Part shown: positions 48,313 through 58,719 of the stretch, piece by piece
Position numbering within the stretch: the stretch's first letter is position 1
Layout: each line of letters starts with the position of its first letter
Assembly: GCA_964566635.1 (NCBI GenBank)
Contig: CAZMJL010000003.1
Location: 88,570-152,569, forward strand
Reading direction: 5' to 3'
Length of the DNA stretch: 64,000 nt
DNA from: an uncultured Fimbriimonas sp.
Lineage (GTDB): Bacteria; Armatimonadota; Fimbriimonadia; Fimbriimonadales; Fimbriimonadaceae
The notes under the pieces: model-generated
Told to the model about the DNA's origin: nothing
The model's input: the letters and a program-made list of their open reading frames with translations, nothing else
Databases searched by the model: none
Made by a program: the position numbers and the translations under genes

Positions 48313-48383
48313 TTTTGCCCTCTTGGATAAACCCCAAATAGGATGACGGACGGCATCGGCCGTTGGGTGGAGGGGTTTTGAAA

Positions 48384-48389
48384 AGTATA
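48384..48389 (-). promoter_or_regulatory. Putative -10 box (TATACT) of pyrG
   Basis: TATACT ~70 nt upstream of the ATG, followed by TTTC-AAAACCCC; no canonical -35 at 17 bp. Confidence 0.45.
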
Positions 48390-48397
48390 CACGGAAA

Positions 48398-48494
48398 GGG
48401 TCGTGTGGGTTGGGCAAGTTGGGCAGTCTAGGCTCGGGCGGTGGTCACTTTGCGGGTGAAGTTGGGCGGGGTTGGGCGGGATTGGGCAGTCGGG
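48398..48494 (+). repeat. G-rich TTGGGC direct repeats upstream of pyrG
   Basis: GGGTTGGGCAAGTTGGGC and GTTGGGCGGG-GTTGGGCGGG-ATTGGGCAGT-CGGG, ~10-bp period. Confidence 0.7.
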
Positions 48495-48700
48495 AGACGG
48501 TGGATTTTTTCGGAATTTATCTCTAAGCGAGATTGAGAGGCGATTGTCAACCGATTTTCCGCCGCGCCCACCCGAGGCCACGCCCCACCCAAGACGACGA
48601 CTCCGCGCCTTGCATCTGCTCGGGCGGAATCCTCGCCTCGGGACCCGCGCCTTTGGGCGCGGCGGCTGGAATTAAAACTCCGTCGACGAGTTGGTGAGCC

Positions 48701-49372
48701 CTACAGCTTCGTATCGCCGTCCCGATCGACTTCGAATGCCGCTGCTCCTTCCCGGTCCGTGATCACTCGCTGGAACGCCTCATCGACAAAGTGGACCGCT
48801 GCGCCATCCGTTGCCGCATAGCCGGGGGCGATGGTTTGTTCCCGAAGCATTTGCCGAAGCAGCGGTTTGCGTTCGGGCTCGGAGTCGTAGTGAGGCGTGA
48901 AGCTGCCGGGGAGCCAGCCGAGGCAGTTCATGACCTGGATTCCGGGGCCGAGCGAGTCGGTGGTGCATTGCTCGAACCAAATATTGGCTCCGGCCGAGAT
49001 TCCGGCGAGGATGGTGCCTTGCTCGTAGGCTTTGCGGAGGATGGTGTCTATGCCCCAGGCTTGCCAGAGGAGCATCATGTTCATGGTGCTGCCTCCGCCG
49101 ACGAAGATGAGGTCTTGGTCGAGGAGCATTTCTTCCGGGGTTCCGGTCCAGGTTTGGGAGCGGAAGAGCTGGAAGACGCTGATTTGCGCGCCGAGGGATT
49201 TGTAAACGGCTTCGAACCTGCCAATGTAGTCGAGCGAATCGCCATTGGCGGTGGGGATGAAGCAGACTTTCGGCGCGCTTGCGGGGCAGAGGGAGAGGAG
49301 GTACTCGTCGAGCTTGAGGTTTTCGAGGCCGGAGCCGAAGCCGCCTCCGCCGAGGGCGATGATCTGGCGCAT
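48701..49372 (-). CDS. Peptidase E (S51 family)
   Basis: IIALGGG, FIPTA, IFVGGGST, AGISAGA (Ser), PHYDSE (His/Glu). Confidence 0.92.
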   Translation of the reverse strand: MRQIIALGGGGFGSGLENLKLDEYLLSLCPASAPKVCFIPTANGDSLDYIGRFEAVYKSLGAQISVFQLFRSQTWTGTPEEMLLDQDLIFVGGGSTMNMMLLWQAWGIDTILRKAYEQGTILAGISAGANIWFEQCTTDSLGPGIQVMNCLGWLPGSFTPHYDSEPERKPLLRQMLREQTIAPGYAATDGAAVHFVDEAFQRVITDREGAAAFEVDRDGDTKL

Positions 49373-49420
49373 TTGGGTGAGAGGTTACCGTCGATTCACT
49401 TTAGATGAGACTTACTTGTA

Positions 49421-50524
49421 TTATGATCTAGCAAGACCTGGATAGTCACGTTTTTTGATCAGCTTGACGAAACGTTCCCAATATGTGAGTACTATGCTTA
49501 CTGACGTAATCCAGGCGATGGACAGAGCAAGTGCGGACAATAATCCAACCGAATGATCACGTGGAAGCGATTCCGCCAGCAACCTGCAGATCCACGGATC
49601 AAGAAAAGAGAAGGAAAGACCGTTTAGCCCAAGGATAGCTAGGGAGTGCTTGCCAACAAGATTTAGAAAGACCTTATTTTTAAGGTGGTACGACAAGATC
49701 AAAACTATACCGCTTCCTCCTAATGAGTTGATAAAAAGCAAAGCGGGATTCCCAATTTGGAAGCCAGCAAAATTTACCCGATTGCTGCCCGCGAGAAGCA
49801 AGAATGCCAGCAGGAAACCAAGGATAAACCTCATGGATAGATTTAGCTCCCGATAGTAATCTAATATCCTTTTCCAATTTGCGGAGAAGGAACAGATAAT
49901 AATGCTGGCGGAAAATGCGGCCATTGGCCAATAATAGAATCGGAGAGCGAGCTTGATGTCCTGGACTCGTTCGGCACCACACAAGTTAATGACAATCGAA
50001 GCTATCAGGGCCAATAGAACGGCTTTACACAGATTTGAAAAGAGAGCATTCTGCTTGATTCGGGAAAATAAGATGATAAGTTCAGCAAAAAGAAGGCAAG
50101 TGAGAAACCACATCGGCTTAATGAGCACAGGGATGCCGCCGAATATCGTGGCGCCTAGCCCTGCCGATACCTCCCTAATGTTTTTAAAGCCGACTAGTAA
50201 TCCAAGTAGTGATGCAACCAGTGAGTAGTTGATCACGGGCTTCATTCTTTTGGACCATATTTCCGTGACACGAGATAAATTAAACTCCCTGGATTGAAGG
50301 GTGATACCCACAAGAACGAAGAAAAGTGGGATGTGAAATCTATACAGTATTCTCCAGTCTCCCCAAAGTTCGAAGTGTCCTACATAAGCAAGGTTCTCAA
50401 GGTAGTGACCAAACACGACCAGTATCATTCCTATCCCCCTTGCTGCAAAAACTGTATCAGAGAGCGGCGCGCTCAAGCGAGACGCTCTCCCTGAAACTGT
50501 ATCCGCGATTCCTTTCATCGACAA
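49421..50524 (-). CDS. Acyltransferase family 3 (OafA-like) membrane protein
   Basis: ARGIGMILVVFGH, FHIPLFF, MWFL, G.HSL.I; strongly AT-rich. Confidence 0.85.
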   Translation of the reverse strand: MSMKGIADTVSGRASRLSAPLSDTVFAARGIGMILVVFGHYLENLAYVGHFELWGDWRILYRFHIPLFFVLVGITLQSREFNLSRVTEIWSKRMKPVINYSLVASLLGLLVGFKNIREVSAGLGATIFGGIPVLIKPMWFLTCLLFAELIILFSRIKQNALFSNLCKAVLLALIASIVINLCGAERVQDIKLALRFYYWPMAAFSASIIICSFSANWKRILDYYRELNLSMRFILGFLLAFLLLAGSNRVNFAGFQIGNPALLFINSLGGSGIVLILSYHLKNKVFLNLVGKHSLAILGLNGLSFSFLDPWICRLLAESLPRDHSVGLLSALALSIAWITSVSIVLTYWERFVKLIKKRDYPGLARS

Positions 50525-50568
50525 ATTATAGTCAACTCTTTGGTTGAAGGTTTGATCTTGGAACGCGC

Positions 50569-52029
50569 CTAGCTAACCAATCTTCGAACGACCTCGCCTT
50601 CGACGTCCGTCAAACGGAAGTTTCGCCCCTGGTACTTGTAGGTCAGCTGCGTGTGTTCCAGACCCATGAGGTGCAGGAGGGTGGCGTTGAGGTCGTGGAC
50701 GTGGACCTGGTTTTCGGCGACGTTGTAGCCGAGTTCGTCGGTTTGGCCATAGGCGACGCCGGGCTTGAAGCCGCCTCCGGCGACGAACATCGAGAACGCT
50801 TTGGGGTGGTGGTCACGTCCGGGGAATTTGACGCCATCGCGGGCTTCGATCATCGGGGTTCGGCCAAACTCGCCGCCCCAAACGACGATGGTGTCGTCGA
50901 GCATCCCGCGCTGCTTGAGGTCTTTAATGAGGGCGGCGGCGGCTTTGTCGACCTGGCGGCACATTTCGGGCAATCCGTGCTTGAGGTCGTTGCCTTCGCT
51001 GTCGCCGTGGTGGTCCCACCCTCGGTGGTAAAGCTGAACGCAGCGGACGCCGCGCTCGACCATGCGGCGCGCGAGGAGGCAGTTATTGGCGAACGACTTT
51101 TTGCCTGGTTCGACGCCGTACATCTCTTGGGTCGCTTGCGATTCCTTGCTGATGTCCATCAGTTCGGGCACGCTGGTTTGCATTCGGTACGCAAGCTCGT
51201 ACTGGGCGATGCGGGTTTCAATTTCGGGGTCGAGAACCTCTTTCGAGCGCATCTTATTGAGGTCGCGGATGGCGTCGAGAGAGTCGCGGCGAATCTCGGA
51301 TGAGATGCCGTCGGGGTTTTGGACGAAGAGAACAGGCTCGCCCTGGGAGCGGAATTCGACGCCTTGGTAGACGGAAGGGAGGAAGCCGCTTCCGTAGCAG
51401 GATTTTCCGCCGTCGGGGTTGCTTTGACCGCTCAGGAGAACAACAAAACCGGGAAGGTCGGCGTTCTCGGAGCCGAGACCGTAGGTGAGCCATGACCCGA
51501 GCGAGGGGCGACCAGGAATTTGGAACCCGGTGTTCATGAACAGCTGGGCGGGGGCGTGGTTGAACTGATCGGTGCGCATTGTCCGGATGACGCTGATGTC
51601 ATCGGCGATGGAGGAAATGTTCGGCAGAAGGGACGAAATCCATTGACCCGATTGGCCGTGCTGGGCGAAGGTGTGAGGAGTGCCAAGGAGGCGGGGTTTG
51701 CCTCGGATGAAGGGGAATCGCTCGCCTTTGATGTACTCGTCCGGGCAGTAATCGCCGTCGAATTTGTTCAGGACGGGCTTGTAGTCGAACAGGTCGAGCT
51801 GAGAAGGAGCGCCCGCCATGAAGAGGTAGATGATCGACTTCGCCTTGGGCTTGAAGTGGGGTTTCTTCGGCGACATCGGGTCTTTGCGACCCTTTTGGTC
51901 GACCATCGCCGCGAAGACGGGGTCGGCGAGCATGGTGGCAAGGGCGACATTTCCGAGTCCGTAACCGACTTGTCTGAAGAAGGTGCGGCGGGTGATTTGC
52001 TTGATGAGGTCTTGCTCGTTCATGGTCAC
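50569..52029 (-). CDS. DUF1501 domain protein (Tat-exported)
   Basis: TRRTFF; [58 protein letters not shown]. Confidence 0.93.
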   Translation of the reverse strand: MTMNEQDLIKQITRRTFFRQVGYGLGNVALATMLADPVFAAMVDQKGRKDPMSPKKPHFKPKAKSIIYLFMAGAPSQLDLFDYKPVLNKFDGDYCPDEYIKGERFPFIRGKPRLLGTPHTFAQHGQSGQWISSLLPNISSIADDISVIRTMRTDQFNHAPAQLFMNTGFQIPGRPSLGSWLTYGLGSENADLPGFVVLLSGQSNPDGGKSCYGSGFLPSVYQGVEFRSQGEPVLFVQNPDGISSEIRRDSLDAIRDLNKMRSKEVLDPEIETRIAQYELAYRMQTSVPELMDISKESQATQEMYGVEPGKKSFANNCLLARRMVERGVRCVQLYHRGWDHHGDSEGNDLKHGLPEMCRQVDKAAAALIKDLKQRGMLDDTIVVWGGEFGRTPMIEARDGVKFPGRDHHPKAFSMFVAGGGFKPGVAYGQTDELGYNVAENQVHVHDLNATLLHLMGLEHTQLTYKYQGRNFRLTDVEGEVVRRLVS

Positions 52030-54938
52030 TCCTTGGTGATGGTTTCGTCGAGGTTGAGGATGACGTTGCCGAGCATGGTGTACGCGGCTTGATCAGGCGT
52101 TGCACCGAGTTGCTTTGCGAGCTCGGGCTTGGTTTGGTACTTAGCTTTAAAGCTGCTGAGGGCCTTGGTGAGGATGCTGAGTTCGGTGGGGAGCGGTTTC
52201 CGTCCGGTTGCGGCGCGGAAGCCGTAGGCGATGCCCTTGCTTGCCATTCGGACGCCAAGGGCGCTGGCAGGTTCAAGATACGCCTTGTCGTTGAGCAGGG
52301 TCAGCGCTTGGAGCGGGGTGTTAGTGCGCGACCGCCGGGTGGTGCAAACCTCGCGCGGGGTGGCGTCGAACGCCATGAAACTCGGGTATGGCGAGGTGCG
52401 TTTGATGAAGACGTAAATGCCTCGGCGGTTGCGGTCATCGCTCTTAGCGACCATCCAATTCTCGCTCGAGTAGACCATGCCCCACACGCCGTCGGGCTGG
52501 TAGGGCATCACGCTGGGGCCGCCGATCTTGGGGTTGAGGGTGCCGCTGGCTGCGAGGGCATTGTCGCGGATCATCTCGGCGTCCATTCGGACCCGGGGGC
52601 CCCGGGCGAGAAGGGCGTTTTCGGGGTCCTTTGCGGCGAGTGCCGGATTGGTTGCCGAGGATTGTTGGTAGGTCGCGCTCATCACGATGAGCTTGTGGAT
52701 CGCTTTGACGTCCCAGTTTCGGTCCATGAACTCGGTGGCGAGCCAATCGAGCAGTTTGGGGTGGGTTGGGGCGGAACCTTGCGTTCCGAAGTCTTCATCG
52801 GTCTCGACGATGCCGCGGCCGAAGTACTGCGCCCAGATCCGGTTGACCTGGACTCTCGCCGTCAGCGGGTGTCGCTTGGAGACGAGCCATTTGGCGTACT
52901 GAAGTCGGTCGAGCCGCGTCCCTGGCTCGGGTTGGGGAAGGACAGCGGGAACTCCGGCCTTGACCATCTCGCCGGGGCTGGTGAATTCGCCTCGGTGGTG
53001 GATTGGGGCTGTCAGGTCTCCCTTGGTCGGCTTCTCGGTGAGCACGAGCGCGTTAGGGATCGAACGCTCAAATTCGGAGACTTCATCTTTCGCGGCTTGG
53101 AGAACCAGCCATTGGGGGCGAACGTTTTTGGAACTCGAGGCGAACTCGCGGAGGGCGACTTCGGAGTTGGTCCTGGCTTCGGCGGGTGTGAGGGTGACAA
53201 AAGGGTGGTTTCCTTCGATCAGGCTCAATCGAAACGCGCCAAGGTTGTGCTGGGCGTACTCGCTCTCGGCGCGGAGTCGGATCGTGACGGGTCCGACGGG
53301 GAGCGGATTTTGGAGCTTGACGACGAGTGAATGCCGCTTTTTGCCTTCGGGGTAGACCGCCCAGCCAGGGGAGGCTTTTCCGTTTGCGATTCCGGTCGCG
53401 TCGTGATTTCGCTGGGTGAAGCTCGCCCGAGATTCGGCGAGCGGGATTGCTTTGCCGCCGACCTCGACCTCGACACCGGTGAGAACGAAGTTGTCGCTCG
53501 ACGACCGTCCCGCGCCAAACCCTCCGAATGGCTGGAGGTCAAGCTTGAGGGCGGTCAGGCCAGGTTTGGTCGCTTCGACGGCTATTTCGTACACTTCACG
53601 AGCGGGGTTCGGTCCGCTAGGCACGACTAAGCCATCATTTTGGATCGACAGGACGGTGCCCGCCTTGCTGGAAGCCTTGAACGGAATGAGAGGAAGCGCC
53701 GATGGATTTGCAAGTTCGGATCGCCACTGACGGAACTCATCGCCGTTTGCCTGTACTGACTTCCAGAGGTTTGCCTCTGCGGTCGAAACCTTAGCGTTGA
53801 GCTCGTCCTTGCGCTTTTGAGTTGCCGGGGTGATGACCTTGAGCGTGGGTTCGCGCCATACCTCCGAGAACGACTTTTTGTAATCGCCTTCGCGTCGATA
53901 ATCTGTGTTCGCGAAGACCGCATAGGTCTGATAGAAGTCCTTTTGGGTGAAGGGGTCGAACTTGTGGTTGTGGCACCGCGCGCAGGCAAGAGTGGAGCCC
54001 ATCCAAACAGTTGATGTCGTACTCAGCCGATCGATCACGGTGAGGAATTGCGATTCGGCGGGGTCAACGCCGCCCTCTTCGTTGAACATCGAGTTGCGGT
54101 GGAATCCGGTCGCGACGCGTTGGGCGACGGTGGGGTTCGGGAGGAGGTCACCCGCAAGCTGCTCAATCGTGAATTGATCGAACGGGAGGTTACGGTTGTA
54201 AGCATCGATCACCCAGTCGCGGTACGGCCACGCGACCCGGTTGAGGTCCTTTTCGTAGCCGTTCGAGTCGGCGTACCGAGCGAGATCGAGCCAGAAACGG
54301 GCTTGACGCTCGCCGAAATGGGGGTTCTTGAGGAGTTGATCAACGACTCGCTCGTAGGCGTCGGGCCGCTTGTCGGCGAGGAAAGCATCCATCTGTTCGA
54401 CGGTGGGCGGGATGCCGATAAGGTCGAGATACACCCGCCGTAGCAGAGTCTCTTTGGAGGCAGGTTTGCTGGGTTGGAGCTTGGCTTTGACCAGCTTTTC
54501 GTAAACAAATCCGTCGATCGGGTTCTTACCCCATTTGGTAAGGGCGATAGGTTTCGGCTTCACGGGGGCGATGTAGGCCCAGTGCTTTTGCTTCGCTCCG
54601 CCGAGGATTGCGCCGTACTTGACCCACTCTTCGAGGATGGTGATTTGCTCTTTGGGAACGGCCTTAAACCCGAGCGGCATGAGGGGTTTGCCGCCCTCGC
54701 CGCGCATCCGCTGAAGGATGACGGGCATCTTCTTTTCGACAACCTCGGGCTTGGTGAGGTCGAGACCCGCGCTGGAATCTTTTCCGGTGTGGCAGTTGAT
54801 GCAGTTGACCTTGAGGATCGGCTCCACATCCTTGGTGAAGGTCGGCCAGACTTTGCTGTTGTCGGTTTGCGCGCCAACGGGAGCGGTGAACGCCGCCGCC
54901 AAAAGCACGACCCCAAGACTGCCGAAAACCAAACGCAT
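52026..54938 (-). CDS. Planctomycete cytochrome c / DUF1549 / DUF1553 (PSCyt1-PSCyt2-PSD1) protein
   Basis: CINCH and CARCH heme motifs; [45 protein letters not shown]. Confidence 0.93.
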   Translation of the reverse strand: MRLVFGSLGVVLLAAAFTAPVGAQTDNSKVWPTFTKDVEPILKVNCINCHTGKDSSAGLDLTKPEVVEKKMPVILQRMRGEGGKPLMPLGFKAVPKEQITILEEWVKYGAILGGAKQKHWAYIAPVKPKPIALTKWGKNPIDGFVYEKLVKAKLQPSKPASKETLLRRVYLDLIGIPPTVEQMDAFLADKRPDAYERVVDQLLKNPHFGERQARFWLDLARYADSNGYEKDLNRVAWPYRDWVIDAYNRNLPFDQFTIEQLAGDLLPNPTVAQRVATGFHRNSMFNEEGGVDPAESQFLTVIDRLSTTSTVWMGSTLACARCHNHKFDPFTQKDFYQTYAVFANTDYRREGDYKKSFSEVWREPTLKVITPATQKRKDELNAKVSTAEANLWKSVQANGDEFRQWRSELANPSALPLIPFKASSKAGTVLSIQNDGLVVPSGPNPAREVYEIAVEATKPGLTALKLDLQPFGGFGAGRSSSDNFVLTGVEVEVGGKAIPLAESRASFTQRNHDATGIANGKASPGWAVYPEGKKRHSLVVKLQNPLPVGPVTIRLRAESEYAQHNLGAFRLSLIEGNHPFVTLTPAEARTNSEVALREFASSSKNVRPQWLVLQAAKDEVSEFERSIPNALVLTEKPTKGDLTAPIHHRGEFTSPGEMVKAGVPAVLPQPEPGTRLDRLQYAKWLVSKRHPLTARVQVNRIWAQYFGRGIVETDEDFGTQGSAPTHPKLLDWLATEFMDRNWDVKAIHKLIVMSATYQQSSATNPALAAKDPENALLARGPRVRMDAEMIRDNALAASGTLNPKIGGPSVMPYQPDGVWGMVYSSENWMVAKSDDRNRRGIYVFIKRTSPYPSFMAFDATPREVCTTRRSRTNTPLQALTLLNDKAYLEPASALGVRMASKGIAYGFRAATGRKPLPTELSILTKALSSFKAKYQTKPELAKQLGATPDQAAYTMLGNVILNLDETITKE

Positions 54939-54944
54939 TTGAAT

Positions 54945-56459
54945 CTACTTTAGCGCAAAGACTCGCCAGTTATCAGCTAAATCCCAGGCGCCGGATTTTG
55001 AAGTTTCGACCGGTTTACTTCCGCCGCCGCCGGTTGCCATCGAAGCGATTGAGAAGATTTCAGCTGGTAGCGCGGGTGGCTGCCAATCGGCGAACTCGCG
55101 AGCAAGGAATCCTGTGTCGATGGTTCCGGCGATGAATCCGGGGTGCTCGAGAACGTCGATGAGATAGCCGACGTTTGTCTTGACTCCGAGAACGTGGAAA
55201 TCCTTGAGCGCGGCGACCAGGCGGCGGCGAGCCGCTTCGCGGTTCGGGCCGTGGGCGATGACCTTCGCGATCATTGAGTCATAGAAGCGGGAGATCTCCT
55301 TGCCAGCCGCGAACCCGGTATCGAACCTGATTCCCGGATGGCGAGGCTCGGCCCAGGCAAGGATTTGCCCGATGGAGGGGAGGAATCCTTGACCGGGGTC
55401 TTCGGCAACGATGCGAACTTCGATGGAATGACCATTGATCGCAGATCGATCGCCCGCCATCAGGCGCGGATCGATGGAGATTTCTTCACCTTGGGCGATG
55501 CGGATCTGAAGCTCGACGAGGTCGAGTCCGGTGATCATTTCGGTGACGGGGTGCTCGACTTGGAGCCGCGCATTGACTTCTAGGAAGTAAAACTCGCCGG
55601 TCTCGCGGTCGACCATGAACTCGGCGGTCCCGGCTCCGTGGTAGCCGGCGGCGAGGGCAAGTCGGCGAACGGCGGACTGCATGGCCTCCCAATCGAAGCT
55701 CTTGGGCAGGTCGAGGGGAAGGGCGGACGGAGCCTCTTCGACGAGCTTTTGGTGTCGCCTTTGGATGGAGCATTCGCGCTCGAAGAGGCACGCGACGTTT
55801 CCGTGCTGATCGGCAAAGAATTGGACTTCGATGTGGCGAGGATCGACGACGAGCTTTTCGACCATCATCGCGTCGTCGCCGAAGCCCTTGAGGGCTTCGT
55901 CCTTGGCGATGCTTAGTTCGTCGGCGAAAGATGCCGAATCGCGAACGATCCGCATTCCTCGTCCGCCGCCGCCCGCCGAGGCTTTGAGCATCACGGGATA
56001 GCCGATTTTTTCGGCGGCGGCTTTAAGGTTGTCTTCGGTTGCACCGGGTTCAAAGAAGCCGGGAGTGATGGGAACTTGATTCTCGACGGCGAGAGTTTTC
56101 GCATCGATTTTTCCGCCGAGTTTTCGCATTGCCGAGGCAGGCGGACCGAGGAATTTGATTCCGGCTGTAGCGCATGCCTCGCTGAATTCAGCCCGCTCAG
56201 AGAGGAAGCCATAGCCAGGGTGGACGGCGTCGGCACCGGTTTGCGCGCAGGCATCGAGGATCGCCTCGATGCGCAAATAGCTTTCGGCGGGGGCGGGGCC
56301 GCCGATGTGGACGGATTCATCGGCGAGCGCGGTGTGAATCGAATCTCGGTCGGCGTCGGAATAGACGGCGACGGTTCGAATTCCGAGGGCTTTGGCGGTT
56401 CGGAACACCCGCACCGCAATTTCGCCTCGGTTGGCCACCAGCAGCTTCTGAATCTTCAT
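54945..56459 (-). CDS. Acyl-CoA carboxylase biotin carboxylase subunit (no BCCP domain)
   Basis: LVANRGEIA, HPGYGFLSE, KASAGGGGRGM, ERECSIQRRHQK, EVNARLQVEHP, YDSMIAK. Confidence 0.92.
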   Translation of the reverse strand: MKIQKLLVANRGEIAVRVFRTAKALGIRTVAVYSDADRDSIHTALADESVHIGGPAPAESYLRIEAILDACAQTGADAVHPGYGFLSERAEFSEACATAGIKFLGPPASAMRKLGGKIDAKTLAVENQVPITPGFFEPGATEDNLKAAAEKIGYPVMLKASAGGGGRGMRIVRDSASFADELSIAKDEALKGFGDDAMMVEKLVVDPRHIEVQFFADQHGNVACLFERECSIQRRHQKLVEEAPSALPLDLPKSFDWEAMQSAVRRLALAAGYHGAGTAEFMVDRETGEFYFLEVNARLQVEHPVTEMITGLDLVELQIRIAQGEEISIDPRLMAGDRSAINGHSIEVRIVAEDPGQGFLPSIGQILAWAEPRHPGIRFDTGFAAGKEISRFYDSMIAKVIAHGPNREAARRRLVAALKDFHVLGVKTNVGYLIDVLEHPGFIAGTIDTGFLAREFADWQPPALPAEIFSIASMATGGGGSKPVETSKSGAWDLADNWRVFALK

Positions 56460-56494
56460 TGATTTGCTCTTGGCAAAGTGATACCCTTTAGGCC

Positions 56495-56980
56495 ATGTCG
56501 ACTTCGATCAAACAGTGCACTTTGGACCTTATTAACAGCATGGGCGGATTCTTTGTGGGCGATCTGGAGCGCTTGAGTGAGGAGCAGGTGATGAATTCTC
56601 CGGGCGGCGCTGCGCGGCGGCCGATTGACTATGTGCACGAGGTGACGGTAGTGAATCGAGGCATTGCTTGCCAGCTTCGAGGCGAGGACCCGAACCCGCT
56701 GTTTGGTGCGCAAGCTCATGATGAAAACAAGTTCATCGTCGCTCCGGGGGATTTGACCAAAGAGGCGGCGGTCGCGAACTTTAGGGCTTCGATTGACGAG
56801 GTTCGTGCGGCAGTTGAGGGGATGGAGGAGGCCGATTTACTCGCACCTCGGCAATCATTCTTTGGTGAACGGCCCGCGTATTGGGTGGCGCAGTTTGCGG
56901 CACTGCACACCAACTATCACAACGGGCAGTTGAACCTGATTCAGGGCCTCGGTGGCGATGGAAAGAACAACTGGTTCTAA
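56495..56980 (+). CDS. DinB-like family protein
   Basis: Four-helix pattern with YVHE and LHTNYHNGQL His motif. Confidence 0.7.
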   Translation: MSTSIKQCTLDLINSMGGFFVGDLERLSEEQVMNSPGGAARRPIDYVHEVTVVNRGIACQLRGEDPNPLFGAQAHDENKFIVAPGDLTKEAAVANFRASIDEVRAAVEGMEEADLLAPRQSFFGERPAYWVAQFAALHTNYHNGQLNLIQGLGGDGKNNWF

Positions 56981-56989
56981 GAATAGGCT

Positions 56990-57097
56990 TTGGAGACGCG
57001 TCAGCAGAGGAGTGCTTTGTGGGCGATAGTTGTCGTCATCTTAGCCGTGCTTCTGTTGGCAAGTGGATTAATTCCGTTGACTGAGTGGATGGCATGA
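56990..57097 (+). CDS. Putative 35-aa single-pass membrane protein
   Basis: TTG start; METRQQRSALWAIVVVILAVLLLASGLIPLTEWMA; its TGA overlaps the next ATG. Confidence 0.45.
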   Translation: METRQQRSALWAIVVVILAVLLLASGLIPLTEWMA

Positions 57098-57216
57098 CCG
57101 AGCACAATTCGGATCCGAAGAAGCCTCTGTTCAAGTGGTACGAGATTGTTAGGTTAGTCCTCGGAGCGGTTTGCGGCTACTACTTTCTGACCTGGTTTGT
57201 CGACTGGCTCGCTTGA
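57094..57216 (+). CDS. Putative 40-aa single-pass membrane protein
   Basis: MTEHNSDPKKPLFKWYEIVRLVLGAVCGYYFLTWFVDWLA; ATGA coupling with the upstream small ORF. Confidence 0.5.
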   Translation: MTEHNSDPKKPLFKWYEIVRLVLGAVCGYYFLTWFVDWLA

Positions 57217-57220
57217 AAGG

Positions 57221-57294
57221 TGGCTGCCCATCGTGGATTCGAACCACGATTAACGGTACCAGAAACCGTCGTCCTGCCATTAGACGAATGGGCA
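57221..57294 (-). tRNA. tRNA-Gln (CTG)
   Basis: Minus strand acceptor TGCCCAT/ATGGGCA, anticodon arm ACGGT-TTCTGGT-ACCGT, GGTTCGAATCC, encoded CCA. Confidence 0.96.
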
Positions 57295-57321
57295 ACGCTC
57301 CAGACTAGGATACCTGGACGC

Positions 57322-57353
57322 AAAAGCGCCCTTTGAGTTCACTCAAAGGGCGC
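57322..57353 (-). terminator. Intrinsic terminator after clpX
   Basis: 12-bp stem GCGCCCTTTGAG/CTCAAAGGGCGC followed by TTTT on the minus strand. Confidence 0.8.
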
Positions 57354-57364
57354 AATGAGCTGGC

Positions 57365-58693
57365 TTAGCTTGCTTTGCGGAGGTCTTCTTCGCTGAGCAG
57401 GATCGGATGGGCACCGCCATCGATGATTCCGGCGGGAAGAATGACCCGTTTGATGTCGTTTGACGAAGGCACCTCGTACATCACGTCCATCATCACTCCT
57501 TCGATAATCGCGCGGAGGGCACGGGCACCGGTCTTGCGCTTGATCGCTTCTCGAGCAACTTCTCGGAGCGCGCCCGGCTCGACCACGAGGTCAACGCCGT
57601 CCATCTCGAAGAACTTGGTGTACTGCTTGAGGATCGCATTTCGAGGCTCGGAGAGGATGCGAACGAGCGCGTCTTCGTCGAGGTTGTCGAGGGTGGCGAC
57701 GACTGGGAGTCGGCCAATGAATTCGGGGATCAATCCGAACTTGAGCAAATCTTCGGGGAGGAGCGATTGCAGAACATCGTGCTTCTCCTCACTCTTTCCG
57801 GACGGGTTCGACCGGAAGCCCATCGTATTCTCCTTCATTCGGCGTCGGATGAGGTCTTCGATTCCCTCGAAGGCTCCCGCGCAGATGAAGAGGATGTTGG
57901 ACGTGTCGATCTGCATGTACTCTTGCTGAGGATGCTTTCGACCGCCTCCAGGTGGCACGTTTGCAGTGGTGCCTTCAAGAATCTTCAGAAGCGCTTGTTG
58001 GACGCCTTCGCCGCTGACGTCGCGAGTGATCGACGGGTTGTCGCTCTTGCGCCCGATCTTATCAATTTCGTCGACGTAGATGATGCCACGCTCGCAAAGC
58101 TCCTTTGCGTTGTTGGGGTCCATTGCGTCGGCGGCTTGCCAAAGCTTGAGAAGGATGTTCTCGACGTCCTCGCCGACGTAGCCAGCCTCCGTTAGCGCGG
58201 TTGCATCGGCAATCGCGAACGGAACGTTGAGCATCTTTGCCAGGGTTTGCGCGAGAAGCGTTTTGCCCGATCCAGTGGGGCCGACCATGAGGATGTTGCT
58301 CTTTTGGAGTTCAACATCGCTTGGTGAACCGTGTTGCTTTTCGTTGACCCGCTTGAAGTGGTTATAAACGGCGACCGAAAGCGCTCGCTTGGCGACCGTT
58401 TGCCCCACGACGTACGAATCGAGATAGTTTACGATCTCTCGCGGCTTCGGAACTCCCGAAGTGCGAGGAACTGGCGCCATTGGGGTTGCCACTGGCGTCG
58501 TCGCGTTCGCGGCGGCAGCAGCAGCTCTGGCACCCGAAGCGCGAGGCTCAGTATCGGTATGAAGGATGTCATTGCAAAGGTCGATACAATCGCTACAGAC
58601 TGCGCCATGCAGTCCCACGATAAGTTTCTTCACTTGCTCTTTCTGCTTTCCGCAGAGGCAACATTGATCTCTTCGTTCCGGTGATTTCGCCAT
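57365..58693 (-). CDS. clpX: ATP-dependent Clp protease ATP-binding subunit ClpX
   Basis: C4 zinc finger (CCLCGK...CSDCIDLC), [38 protein letters not shown]. Confidence 0.98.
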   Translation of the reverse strand: MAKSPERRDQCCLCGKQKEQVKKLIVGLHGAVCSDCIDLCNDILHTDTEPRASGARAAAAAANATTPVATPMAPVPRTSGVPKPREIVNYLDSYVVGQTVAKRALSVAVYNHFKRVNEKQHGSPSDVELQKSNILMVGPTGSGKTLLAQTLAKMLNVPFAIADATALTEAGYVGEDVENILLKLWQAADAMDPNNAKELCERGIIYVDEIDKIGRKSDNPSITRDVSGEGVQQALLKILEGTTANVPPGGGRKHPQQEYMQIDTSNILFICAGAFEGIEDLIRRRMKENTMGFRSNPSGKSEEKHDVLQSLLPEDLLKFGLIPEFIGRLPVVATLDNLDEDALVRILSEPRNAILKQYTKFFEMDGVDLVVEPGALREVAREAIKRKTGARALRAIIEGVMMDVMYEVPSSNDIKRVILPAGIIDGGAHPILLSEEDLRKAS

Positions 58694-58719
58694 TCAGGTG
58701 CCTACTTAACTATATCGGT

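Noticed and set aside
46924-48330. 468-aa plus-strand ORF
   Set aside because: Codon-aligned antisense of pyrG.
52089-53330. 413-aa plus-strand ORF
   Set aside because: Shadow of the PSD1 cytochrome gene.
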